The notes beneath the pieces are model-generated. The model saw only the letters and a list, made by a program, of their open reading frames with translations. It had not been told where the DNA came from and did no database searches. From Antedon mediterranea (lineage: Eukaryota > Animalia > Echinodermata): 64,000 bases of DNA. Positions 51,052 through 63,677 of this stretch are shown piece after piece. The stretch is from positions 2,138,201 to 2,202,200 of the forward strand of contig NC_092679.1 in the NCBI RefSeq assembly GCF_964355755.1. Reading direction: 5' to 3'. The position numbers and the translations under genes are program-made. Every line of letters begins with the position of its first letter. Positions within the stretch are counted from its first letter, which is position 1.

Positions 51052-51218
51052 AGCTCTGTCTACACTATCAAAATTGATGTGACAAAAAATGTGGTGTGCT
51101 CATAATTATTATATGGACATGATGATGTCATATCACTACCATATTTAAGCATAACACAACCATATTTGGGCACTTCACACTTTTTTTGTCGAACTAGTTT
51201 GATAGTGTAGACAATGCT
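51052..51218. mobile_element. MITE family B
   Basis: Both TIRs, TAA on the left. Confidence 0.78.
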
Positions 51219-53058
51219 TATTAATTAAATGCAAAGAGAATTTTCTGGACAGACTAATTTTGTTAATTTCCTAGGCTCCATAGAGGAAAAATAGAAAAAC
51301 GCAGAGTACAGCATATATGCATGCAACAGAGATACAGTAATCAATAAATAATAATATGTTTACAATACATGTATGTAGTTAAAATTACTCCACTAAATGA
51401 ACGTACTAAAGCGTATCTCGCTTAATTAGTATGTATAATTAATGCAGTGGCAAGTAAGAAGGTTATTACAATCAGTCAGTAGGGCTACGTCAATCAATGG
51501 GACAAAGCAATTACTGTATACATTTTTTTGTTTTTGGAAATAATTTGTTAAATATTAAGACACCAACAATAAACAGTAACTATTATTCTTTATAAAAGAA
51601 ATAGGGCCTAGCTAGTAAGTTATCATTAATTATGTATGATTACGTATGTATAATTTTAATTACAGAATACACAAATATGAATATAGGCCTACACACCCTT
51701 TAACGGACATCTAGGCCCTAGCCTACTAGGCCTACGTCCACCACCAGGTCACGACAGACGTTAAAATCCCCCGGAGAGGAAAGACACAACATGACAGTCA
51801 AAATTACCACCAACCTGGCGCACTGCAGGCAGGCCTAATCAATGTGTGATTGTAATTATAAATTTCGTGTAAACTAGAAACCTAAATAAAAGACCTAAAT
51901 TAAAAATAGTGTCTCTTACCTAATTGGACCTCACAGTTATGGTTTTTAAACGGCCACCTCTTTACATAAACCACTGTATTATATTGACTGACTTAATAAT
52001 AAATTTCGAAATTTCTCTTCTTCTCTCTATCAGCTGATTACACAACCATTACTAAATTGGGAACAACCATTCTAGAGAATAGGGGGATATTTTCACGCTA
52101 AAAATCCTTTACTAAATTCATAAAGAGAGAGGGCGCAATATCCGACTCATTTTCAGATGGCTCTGCTAATTTTCACAGCCATTACAAATTTAGTCACAGC
52201 ACTGTGCATCCAACAAGAATCCGAATTAATTTGTCACCTTTATGAATTAAACGTATTTTCAATTCATTCATTGCAAAATTACTTATTATCACCTTTCTCC
52301 CAAATCCTCACAATTAAACCGCCTCCCACCAAAATAAATTGATTTGGTTTTCGTTGGTCGCAGCTAGCACAAAGAGATAGAGAAACTTCGGGGAGAGGTG
52401 AGCCTCCTCTGGACCTTGTTGAATCATCAGCCAAGATGAATAATTTTGCAGTTAAATATACGAATGATTGTGAATGTACTTTTACCGAACCAAACATGCA
52501 TTCGACTAAGTGCAAACGATGAAGCGAATTGTGGAACTTATGTCCGGGAGAAATGATTATTAAATAGCGGATAGAATTGAAGAAATTGTTATACAATAAG
52601 ATAGTATTATATAATTAACCTCTACAGGTGTTTCGATCGAAGCACGCGAAGACGCTTTCGACCCAGTGGGGTTCAGATTCATATTCTATAATCTGACAGT
52701 TGGAATAGTTGTAGGCCTATATTTCATCTAAGAGAGTATCGTCAAGATCATGTCAAACATCCCGCTTTCAACTCGCCCTCATTAAGCGCAAACCTGCTGT
52801 TGGGGTATGGTAATTACGTCATGACACCAAAGGGTGGTGGTGGCATCTGAAGTATTATAATTGCACGTCGACACTACATAGAGATATTATAGGTCTACAC
52901 AGTATATTATCAAAATGTCATATTCCTTTCGCCCCCATCCCCCTCCCCAAACCACCTCCCCACCCTCATCCCCCTCTCCCACCGCAAAAAAAAAAAAACA
53001 TCCATGCATAACTAGCAATTGGTGAATGCTAGACTTCTTTCATGTTTTATCTTAAATT

Positions 53059-53552
53059 TGGTTCCCACTAGGACGAAAGAGAATGTTAACCAATTACAAT
53101 CGAAAGGTCGAATAATCCATGCATCGTTTGTGATTGTTCAAATCACTTAAGCTTGGTTCCCACTTCGACGAAACGCAAGGACGTAGACGCAACGTAAGCA
53201 AGTTGACCAATGACAAGCGACACATTAAATATCCCTTAAGCTTGGTTCCCACTAGAACGTAACGCAAGGACGTAAACGCAACGCAAGCGTTTTAACCAAT
53301 GACAAGCGAAGTTATAGACAGTTAGCAATCAAAAGCGAATAAGCCATCGCTTGTGATTGGTCAATTCACTTGCGTTGCTTTACGTCCTTGCGTTGCGTTG
53401 CTAGTGGGAACCACGCTTTACGTTGCGTTACGTCGTTGCGTCTCTAGTGGGAACCAAGCATAAAGCTTGGTTCCCACTAGAACGTAACGTAAGGACGTAA
53501 AAGCAACGCAAGTGTTTTAATCAATGACAAGCGAAGTTATAGACAGTTAGCA
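53059..53552. mobile_element. Nested cluster of family A MITEs and older relatives (intact copy 53239-53417, reverse orientation)
   Basis: At least four TGGTTCCCACT termini with TTA/TAA junctions. Confidence 0.8.
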
Positions 53553-53965
53553 TAATTGCTAATGCAATAACAGTATCTCATCTTTGAATAACAGGAGAAA
53601 CACATGTATTAATAATAAAAATGCTCTTTATTTTAAATATATAATGTATACCTAGTTTTAAAATAGGCATAGATAATGACGAAAACACTGAAGTGATTCA
53701 GAGATTCATAACATGCATTGTGATGTCTGGCAAAAAAAAAAACGTCATTAATTGGACCTACTTTCTTGCATTGAACTGTGTTTGCATTAATATAATGTAT
53801 AAGCTATATGAAAATATACGATTTTTTAAAAGACATTATAGGCCCAAATAGCAATATTAATCAGTTGTTTATCAAACTACAGTATTGCTTGTTTTATTTA
53901 CATTATCTTTATAAATAAAAACTTAGAATACCGGAAAGACATTTACAGTAAAGTCATATGTTATG

Positions 53966-56900
53966 TTACATTAACGTAGAAGCCCATGGGAATATCAACG
54001 AGGTTTGAACACCCATATAGATACCAATCACCATGAACAGCGCCATCATCGCCGCAGCTGTACTTGCGTGTTGTGGATCTTTTACACATCTGTATAAAGA
54101 AAGATAATTTATGATAAATGCAATTTATTTATTTTTTTTTTTATATTATTGATATTTCAGCAGTTTAACGAGTAAAATGAAAATTCTGAAGGCGCAAACG
54201 AATGGCACATTATTTTGTCATGGAAATACACTACTGTAGGCTTACATACCTTGGTCCGTGCATCATCACAATAGACTTAAGGTAGCCGTGTGAAAACGCT
54301 ATACATGCATTGAATGCAATGAAGAACATATCATTCAAAAAGAAGACGGGTAAAGTACGTGTTTCAGGACGGTAATTACACACAAGCACGAGTGGTAAAA
54401 ACAACAGTCTTGCCATACACAGTATCCACGTATATTTCGGCCCGGGCTAAAAAGAAAAAGTAGATATTTAATTTGTACAATTTTGAAGTAATGTCTTCAT
54501 AATTTTTTAAAGGAAATAACAATAATAACTTCATGTCATTTGGGGCCTATTGATTATTTTTAAAGATAATTATTGTCGAAGTTAATGTTACCTTCTGTGT
54601 CACAGCGGAGAAGAAGCTGCCACACGCGTCACCGATAGCGAACAACAGAAAACAACAGACAGGAGTAAAATACGTCACTGAAAGATAAAGGAAAACGATT
54701 AATCGTTTCGGTTACCTATAAAAGAGACAGTTAACGGCGGTGAAAAGGTAACAAAAAGACATTAAATCACATAAATCTGAGATTAGTGAAATAGTATCAA
54801 CAAGGACAATTTATACGGAGTTAAATGAAGATGACCTATGACCTATGACATACCTCGTAGTTGAGAGTGTGGCTGTGGTGCAGACGATTCAACAAAAGCT
54901 AACACAGCCGGAAACATACTTATGGTAACAAAGAACGTCAACCAAATATTAAAAAGTTGAACTTTGACCTAGAAAGAAAGGATATTAGAAAGAACAAAAC
55001 TAGACGAACATTTCATTAGTCATTGTTTTAAGTTTGGAGGATGTATTGCAACATCTAAATGAGGTAGTTAGCAAACTCTTTGTAAACTAATATATTTCTT
55101 AGGGCCTCATAAAGCTTGGTTCCTACGCCTACGAAAGTGTAACGCAAACGAGTTGACCAATGACAAGCGCCAATTCAAATAATCAATCGCTTGTGATTGT
55201 TAAAACTAAAGCGTGGTTCCCACTAGCGACGCAACACAAGGACATAACGCAACGCAAGTGAATTGACCAATCACAAAGGGATGGCTTATTCGCTTGTGAT
55301 TGCTAACTGTCTATAACTTCGTTTGTCATTGGTTAAAACGCTTGCGTTGCGTGTACGTCGTCATTGCGTTCGTTCTAGTCCTTAAACAATTATTTCAGCA
55401 AAGTGGTATTATATATATTAAGCCTGTTCTAACCTGTTTTGCGATACGTAAGTATGGTGGCGATTTCTTTTCATAGACTTCGTCTTCTTTTGATGCAATC
55501 AGTTTAGAACACGACGTTTGATTTGATCGATTGAGGTAGTATAATGAGATTGGCTGTTAACAAAATATTAATTAATAATAATGAATTAATTATTAGTTTT
55601 AAACAATGGTTAACAAAAAAACAAGGATCTTCAAATGAACTGGTTACTTCAGAAATGGGAAAATGTTTCAAATAAGTATACTATAACCAACGCAAAGTTC
55701 AAATAATGTTTGTAGCATGTTTTTACAGACAATTGGAATTATCGGAATTGAATCCGTTATAAGGTTGAACGATAATACAGTATCCTGACGTTATTGTCTC
55801 GGATTAACTGAGTCAAAATTGTGAATCTTACCAGTTTTAAAAGTACAAAATACGACACTAAGCACAATAAAATGACGATTATCGAACAAGTAAAAAACAA
55901 AATGGCAGCGTTCCGCAAAGAATCTGAAACTGAAAACAAAGAATAGGCCTATAGCTTAAACGTTAGAAATTTATTCTTCTGTATGATTCCAACAATCGAA
56001 ATTTCGGTGTCCTTTTTTTAATGTCTTCAGTTTAGGACTAAAATAGTTTTGAGTAAACAGGCAAGAGTGGAATTATATAAATGAATTAATTAATAAGTAA
56101 CAAATAAACGCATACGCAAAATAATATTATTCATAAAGCTTGGTTCCCACTAGAACGTACGGTAACGCAAGGACGTAAACGCAACGCAAGCGTTTTAACC
56201 AATGACAAGCGAAGTTATAGAGAGTTAGCAATCACAAGCGAATAAGCCATCGCTTGTGATTGGTCAGTTCACTTGCGTTGCGTTACGTCCTTGCGTTGCG
56301 TCGCTAGTGGAACCACGCTTTAACGGTACACTTACCTGCTAAAGTCAATATGTTCAATATTGCACATAGCATACCACCAACTCCCTGTAAAAACAACATT
56401 ATAGTATTTGTATTAGATTATTCTCGTCGTATTATTAATTTTATTCTTTCATAATTAGTGCCCCTCAACGTGAACTCTTGATTTTATATAAATATCTTTC
56501 TCTGCTCAAAGAAAACTTTTGAAAAAAGTTAACTTTGATGGAGATGAAGATAATAATTACATACCTGACCAGTGATGTGAAATTGCATGTAAGTCGGAGG
56601 GTACTTAGCTGCTAACCCAAACATACTCGATTGATACACTGCGCATGCTCCTGTTTAAAGTTAAACCAGAGAGTTGTTAATTAGAGTTAACAAATCACAA
56701 ACTTATAACTTGAAGTCTCTATCCTCTAATGAGAAGTACTTTATATTAACTTGATTTCTTAGTAGTAATTTACTACTAGTAGTTATAGTAAGCTGACGTA
56801 GAGTGATAATTTAGTTTAATAAGATATACACTTTATAGTAAAGTCAGGTTTGAGGTCCATAGCCTACATCATGTTCTAAGTAAAGAATATCTCGACGTTT

Positions 56901-59900
56901 TGGTAGTTATGCATAACTCTCATCTCGAGTCTTGTAGTGTACCACAAACTTTTTAGTTATAGTTTAATAAGCTTACCGTTTATAACAACTATTGTCACCA
57001 TAGTTATAATGAAGAATTGCTCGGGCCCTATAAATTAAAAGAAAAAAAAGAATTATGTTTTGCTCGAAGCAGCAAATTTTCCACATTTTCTTTTTCTTTC
57101 TGATCGTTCTCCTCTGTATAAACCAGAACTATAACTTCAACACTACCACCACTAGCCACCACCGTCAAAATTGTCATAGACATTTCTGGAACTAATTGTG
57201 AGGCATCCTTTATACAATTTCAAATGGTCAGAAGTTTTTTGTTAAAAAAATGAGGAAAACAAACTGAAAAAGTGCGTGCTGACAATGTTTTCAGTGGCAC
57301 TCACATGCACTTGTATCCAAGATGGCGAGTATTGTAGTTTCGAATGAGAGTATCATTATGAAACCTATACACATGGGTGTCTTCCATCTCGATTCTCTAC
57401 CGATTAAATATAGGCATATTCCAAAGGTTATACAAAGGTCAGTTATTGCACTGACCTGTAATTATATTATTATTAGTTTTTAATTTGTTAACAATGTTTC
57501 ACAACACAATTCTCAGTACGAAAAGTTTACGTGTGGTCAACGAACGATGATGTCATGATAATGTGATTGTTTTTTGTGTTGATTAAGTGATAATGAAAAT
57601 AATAATGTAATTATTCAATAATACAAATATATATAAAGTAGTACCTAGACCATTATAATTTAAGATAATTAAAGATGGCGATGTTTCTTTCTTTTTTTCA
57701 GAGAAATCATTGAAACTTTAATTTGCGATTTAAAAACAAGATAGGCCTACTGGATGGTCTCTCCAGTTTATGGACGCGCAGGTCGCGCACATTCAACGAC
57801 AATTATGTATACTCTATCCATGATATCACTGCGTTAATTTAAATAATATTAATAATGATGATATTTCATTCATTTTTTGTTATTCTCGACGTCTGAACTA
57901 AACGTACCTGTGTTGAGTAAAGAGTGAAATCAACATAAAGATGAGTGTAGGTGTGAATGCAGCAATTCCGAGGTAGCTTAAGAACTTCTCTTTGTAAGTT
58001 GATTCGTCGCTTACTCCACCAAATTTATGTTCAGTAAAATACTATACGATATTTAAAAAATACATTTAGGCTTACTCATATCCATCGACAAACACGTTAA
58101 TTATGCATATTCATATTCATATACAGTATTCATATTCATATACAGTATTCATATTCATATACAGTATTCATATTCATATACAGTATTCATATTCATTTAT
58201 TTTTCAGAAAACATAATAACAAAAAAAAAACCCAACCCCATTGTTATTGCTTTTTTTACAATCCGACAGAATGGTGTCTTGGCCCAAGACACCATTCTGT
58301 CGGATTGTAAAAAAACAATAACAATATCACTGTAAACACTGCACTTTCCTAATAGTGTTGGTTGACATAGTTAAGCATTTACAATCCGGCTAATACAAAT
58401 TATATAAATCAGAGAAAAAATTTACTTTCATTGTAAAGGAACATTTCCGTAATATGTAAGCTGTGGTCGGACAATTAAACAATTTTTCAAAAATATTATA
58501 CAAAAAGTTTTTCGGGTCAACATTAAAAATAACGGCGGACGGATATTAGCCATTCTGGTCATTTAATTTAAACGTGGCGTAAGAAATCAATTACTGTGCA
58601 GTCCGGTCATTGTACAAATAAAATACTAATATTATTAGTTAAACGAGTGTTCAACCATGGACAAAGAAAACATGGGGAAACGTTAATTTTTTCCTTCATT
58701 TTTCAACTCGTAATTCCAAATGTAATCTTCTTTATGTGCCGTATTGTCGTGTTAAAAATGTTACCAAGAATGGATTTATTTCACGTATTTGTCTTCTTTT
58801 TAATAATTGTGTTGTTAAAGATAATTCTATTGATCTCTTTTTTGACCGTTATAATTGTTTTTGTAATAAAATTAGTAAAATCTATATATAAATTTACGTA
58901 AGGGCAAAATTCGATAAATCTCGGTTAATTTATAGAATTTTTACTCGATGGTATATAAAGTTGGTTCATACTTTCGGTACTGATTTTAACCATCTGACAT
59001 AACCATGTTTACTAATTAAATTGAGTTAGGTAATTAGTTATTGACGATTAAAACGAATTTAGGTTCAACGATTTGCCCCAAATAGGGGTGTTTTCCGATC
59101 GTGGTATACACTGTACTGTACACTAATGGATGTCCATCTTGAAAAATACCCGCCACAAAAATGCGAGGAGGCTTCGCATTTTCCTATCTCCTCCTACGAT
59201 AATTGTTTTTAATAGCTAAGAACTGGTTGAACAGCTAGAGTACAGCATCATAATGTTGAAGACAGGCCGATTTTCTTAAAAAAATACTATTTTGATAGAT
59301 TTAATATACGATTATACAAATGTATTGATTTGCGATGAATGGAACATCCCAGAGTTTGGTTTAACACAAGTAGGTAAATTTATGAGCCCTTGGTTTAACA
59401 CATACGGAGGTAAATATATGGGCCCTTTGAGAATAAACTTGCAATACTTTGACAATACAGTAAATACCTATTAACTATTTTCGGTCGTCATTTGAATCGA
59501 ACATTTCTTACTGTGAATGTTCATACTGTTAGATGTAATATAAAAATATATACAAATAAACTTTATTACTGAGATTGTGGTTAGGCTCTACTGATATATA
59601 AACACATTATTATATACAAATAAACTTTATACTGACAGTTCCTTCTCAACGTTTGTATTAATTAATAATTACCAATAATATAAACGTCGTAGTGGTGTAT
59701 CGTGACATGTACTTTGATATTTCAATCGCTTATGACAGTGACAGTTTTAACAAAGTATTAAATCGCAAATGTTTTACTTTATTTAGAGGTATATTATTTA
59801 TAGGCCTATAAAACATGAAAACAATATTTCGTTACTGAGTGGATAAAGAATATATTTAAAAATTGTTCCTCTTTGTACCTATCCGCTTTCCCATCCCTCA

Positions 59901-62900
59901 ACCCTAATGTTACATACAAAACACAAATTGGGTTTCTTTAAATGAGTCCAAATCAAAAATTTGGACTCATTTTGTGATAAGTTTCTCCTTCGGAAGTAAT
60001 TCCCAGGGTGCTAATTTTAGTTGACTACATAAATCATCGTGTCTATTTATTCGTTTCTGTAAACGACAATGTATTATAGTCCTACGGTACGTACATTTGA
60101 AATCGCCAGTTTTGTTACGCTGAAATTACTGTGTATTCGAGAACCATCTGTGGGCACGACCTAGATGGTACGCGAGCGAAGCGAGCGTACCATCTAGTTG
60201 TATAAATTTGTATTGCTAGATTTTAAGATTTATATATATTTTTATATGGTATAGTTTATTTCATTCTGTAAGGGGTGGGTTTCCCGCTGTTGAATGAGTT
60301 TGAATAAAATGAAAATAAAATAAAAACAACTAAAACTTAAGATATCTCTATTCAAACTAATCATGACGTCATCTATCTAGGCCTACTTACTGCCTCAGCT
60401 GTTGTAAACATGTTCCAGGGTAAAAGAGTTCCAACACCGTGAAGCATCAGTATCCATTTTGCGAAATAGAATCTATCGAAAATAATAATGAAATTTGTAC
60501 AAGCATAATTTGAAATGTGATTTATTGAGGAGAAATTAAACAAGATTCTTTGTGTTTCTTTTTCCTATCGTTGTTTTCCCCCTGATTCTTGTCGGCTTGA
60601 TTGTAACCATTTTAAGACAAATTTCCTAAGCTAAACTTGACTCCAATTTTTTTACATGTTAAAGTATTTCGTTATTAAAAAGCGTTAACGGATAAACTTT
60701 GTATCATTCTGTTTACGTGAAAAAGTACTAATTTCGTAATAATCACTTTGTTGTACGTATGATAATTGCAGAGCGTTCCAACATGTTCTTTTTACTATGC
60801 GTATGTACTATTATGCAAACGCACATTTGGTATACGGTACGCATCTTCTCATCATTATTTCTGACGTCACACCGTCTTTTCAACTTACCTATCTCTAGGT
60901 ATCGATTGTGTTGTTTCTGACATCAACCCTTTCTCTATGGCAGATTTTTCATCCGTCACGGTGGGCTTGTGGGGCAAAAATGTCTCAATTTCTGTAGAAT
61001 TCATCCTGACCCACGGATTTTCATATGCGGCACACATCTGAAATATTATGAACAAGTACTTAATACAGTTAGATAAGGTATCTGGTATAGACTTGCAACA
61101 GTCTTCCACAGAGAGTTTACTGACAGCCACAGAACCGGGTGTATGATTGATAGTTAATATTCTCTTTTGTGATTCATGGTGATGCGTGGTTCTCACTCTG
61201 GAGACACAACACAACGACTCAACGCAAGGGATTTGACCAATCACAAGCGATGGATTATTCAAACTGTCGCTTGTCATTGGTAAAGCTTGGTTCCCACTAG
61301 AACGTAACGCAAGGACGCTTTAAGCGTGGTTCCCACTAGCGACGCAACACAAGGACGTAACGCAACGCAAGTGAATTGACCAATCACAAGCGATGGCTTA
61401 TTCGCTTGTGATTGCTAACTGTCTATAACTTCGCTTGTCATTGGTTAAAACGCTTGCGTTGCGTTTACGTCCTTGCGTTACGTTCTAGTGGGAACCAAGC
61501 TTTAACTCGCTTGCGTTGCGTCTACGTCCTTACGTTGCGTCCTAGTGAGAACCAAACTTAATCTAGCAGCAGTATAGGCCATAATTGCAATATCTGTCAT
61601 CATTGTGCTTTTTTTTTCAAGTTTCTTTTAATTTCCTATTGTTCTTTTTTATTATTTCCTCTAGGGAAGAGTGAATTTCGTTCTCTCTCTCATTTTCCAA
61701 TAACATTTCCGCTTCTCTTACAATTTCATCATCTGTTTTATAAAACTGATTCTAAAGCTTGGTTCCTACTAGAACGTAACGCAAGGACGTAAACGCAACG
61801 CAAGCGAGTTAAAGCTTGGTTCCCACTAGAACGTAACGCAAGGACGTAAACGCAACGCAAGCGGTTTAACCAATGACAAGCGAAGTTATAGAGAGTTAGC
61901 AATCACAAGCGAATAAGCCATCGCTTGTGATTGGTCAATTCACTTGCGTTGCGTTACGTCCTTGCGTTGCGTCGCTAGTGGGAACCACGCTTAAATAACA
62001 CCAGGCCTAAGATTATGAATCGATAAAAAAGAACATTTGATTTAGGCTAAAAATGGAGAAACAATTCATCGTTTAATTTATATGGAAATTCTTAAGCGCA
62101 GAGTTTAACTGTTAGTGTTAGGAGACATTCTATTTATGTGGTTGTTTAGATAGTTTATATAATCTTTTTTTTTACTTGTTTTTTTAGTTTTAAACATGTT
62201 AAACTTATGTGTTAGAGAAAAGATATTAGTTAAATTGTTGTTTTTTTGGAGTTTCTAATTGTGTTATTTTATTTATATTTTATTTTTTGTTTTTGTTTTG
62301 AGGAGCCTTTTCACCACAAGCTTTGCTTTCTTTTAGGCTCCTCCACTTTATATTTATATATTTGTAAAGTGAAATAAATAAATGAAATGAAATAGTGATA
62401 TGTTCGTGAGATCAAGGGGTCCAATTATTAAATCATCTTTGATTTTGCTTAGGTTAAGTAAGTTTCTAAATCAAATATTTGTATTTTTTTGCAACTCTTA
62501 GATGAGGAAGTCCATTCAATAAGGTAAACTAAGCCTCAGTTTTCCACTTAAGCAATTCTTAACTGGGTATTAACTACCTCGACTTAAGCAAAACGGCTGA
62601 CACAAATGCAAGCCATGCATTCAACGTTTATCTAGAGCCTCGACGGCACTGGACTTAATGTGGTCAAATTAACCGAGTCGCCGGCTAAAGTGACCAAGAA
62701 AAGTCCAATCCAAACATTGCTACAATTCCCACAGGGTTAAATTAACCAAGTTACTTTTACCAACCACTGCCTGGCCAGTAGAGCTTATCATGGTTTCAGT
62801 AAAACCAACCACGCAGCTAAAGTCCTATCCGAACGTGGGGCGCATGTTAACAATCACAGTTACATTTTGGTAAAATTACGGTAAAACTAACTGCTTTAAA

Positions 62901-63101
62901 ATAGTGCGAACGATGGTCAAATCTTCTGCTGACATTGGGTAAAGCTACCGTGGTTCATTTTAGAATTTTTCAAGTCCAGTGAGAACAAGGCTTAATTTTG
63001 AATTTATAATTAATAAGTAAACTCACCTTCGCTTGAACTTCGCACTGGTCGTCGTCCTCGTCCTGGTTGATGTGCCTCCTGTTTAAACACTGCCTAATCA
63101 T
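53966..63101 (-). CDS. Equilibrative nucleoside transporter (SLC29 family), copy B, about 485 aa
   Basis: Exons 63101-63027 (less certain), 61037-60889, 60472-60391, 58041-57908, 57396-57305, 57027-56977, 56650-56565, 56384-56336, 55929-55832, 55553-55434, 54968-54854, 54677-54592, 54446-54250, 54089-53966; 1458 nt in frame. Motifs HGVGTLLPWNMFTTA, AVYQSS, GQGVGG, FFVTISMFP, CNYRPETRTLPVFF, HGYL. Confidence 0.9.
55112..55379. mobile_element. Family A MITE (55210-55379, right end eroded) inserted in an older relative
   Basis: A partial older element is followed by TAA and a family A copy. Confidence 0.75.
56137..56319 (-). mobile_element. Harbinger-type MITE family A, intronic
   Basis: Reverse-orientation copy with TWA flanks, about 15 bp from an ENT-B donor site. 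Confidence 0.85.
58107..58197. repeat. 19-bp minisatellite (CATATTCATATACAGTATT) x4
   Basis: Direct inspection. Confidence 0.85.
61184..61557. mobile_element. Family A MITE (61323-61501) nested in an older relative
   Basis: Inner 179-bp copy with TTA flanks; halves of the outer element lie on both sides. Confidence 0.82.
61756..61991 (-). mobile_element. Family A MITE (61813-61991) abutting the end of an older relative
   Basis: 179-bp copy with TAA TSD preceded by a ~55-bp terminal fragment. Confidence 0.82.
62300..62392 (+). mobile_element. Probable LINE 3' UTR remnant
   Basis: GAGGAGCCT/AGGCTCCTC stem followed by AATAAA and a (GAAAT)n tail. Confidence 0.4.
62533..62992. mobile_element. 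Possible Harbinger-type MITE (~460 bp)
   Basis: Imperfect TIR AGCCTCAGTTTTCCACT / AGTGAGAACAAGGCT; single copy in the window. Confidence 0.35.
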
Positions 63102-63531
63102 TGTTTAAACAAATGTTCCGAGTTGCGCAATGATTACATTGGTTCTATTCTAGTGAATCTGGTTTAAACCTGATTTGTTATCTTAAGTTCCACTATAATG
63201 TCTTACCCTTTACGCTAATATATATCATAAGCAAATGCGAATTTGTTTATTTAGTTCTTAAACATGACGAGTAGGGTTCACCAGCCTGGGTAGCGATGAG
63301 AAACAACCGTACACTAACTTCCTTTACAATGATTGAACCGACACCGTTCATCATACAAGCATGACGCCCACCATCCGCGCCGATATACGCACGCCTTTTA
63401 GCAGCATTCTATTACCCAAGCGAAAATATATTAGTTGATTTGATGTATGAGGTGGTGGATGGAGTTGTGAAAAAAGGTGATTCCATACACCACTCCTCTT
63501 CCACAACTAATTCCTAGAGATTAATAAATAA

Positions 63532-63677
63532 AGCTTAGTTCCCACTAGTGCTCGAGTGGAATCGGGTTAAACTCCGTTTCCACAGGCAGTTTATCGGTTA
63601 ATTATCAGTTAATTTTTATCGTTTAATTATGGGTTAGTTTTTGGCTGTGAAAACACGGCCCTAGTGGGAGCCAAGGT
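63532..63677. mobile_element. Harbinger-type MITE with family A-like TIRs and an unrelated interior
   Basis: TAA-AGCTTAGTTCCCACTAG...CTAGTGGGAGCCAAGGT-TAA. Confidence 0.6.

Noticed and set aside
52628-52682. Possible hammerhead on the minus strand (CTGA..ACCC/GGGT..GAAA)
   Set aside because: The core lacks the NGA after CUGA and there is no convincing helix I.
60885-61277. 130-aa ORF as a long ENT-B N-terminus
   Set aside because: The upstream part derives from a MITE and intron; an acceptor sits immediately before the ATG at 61037.
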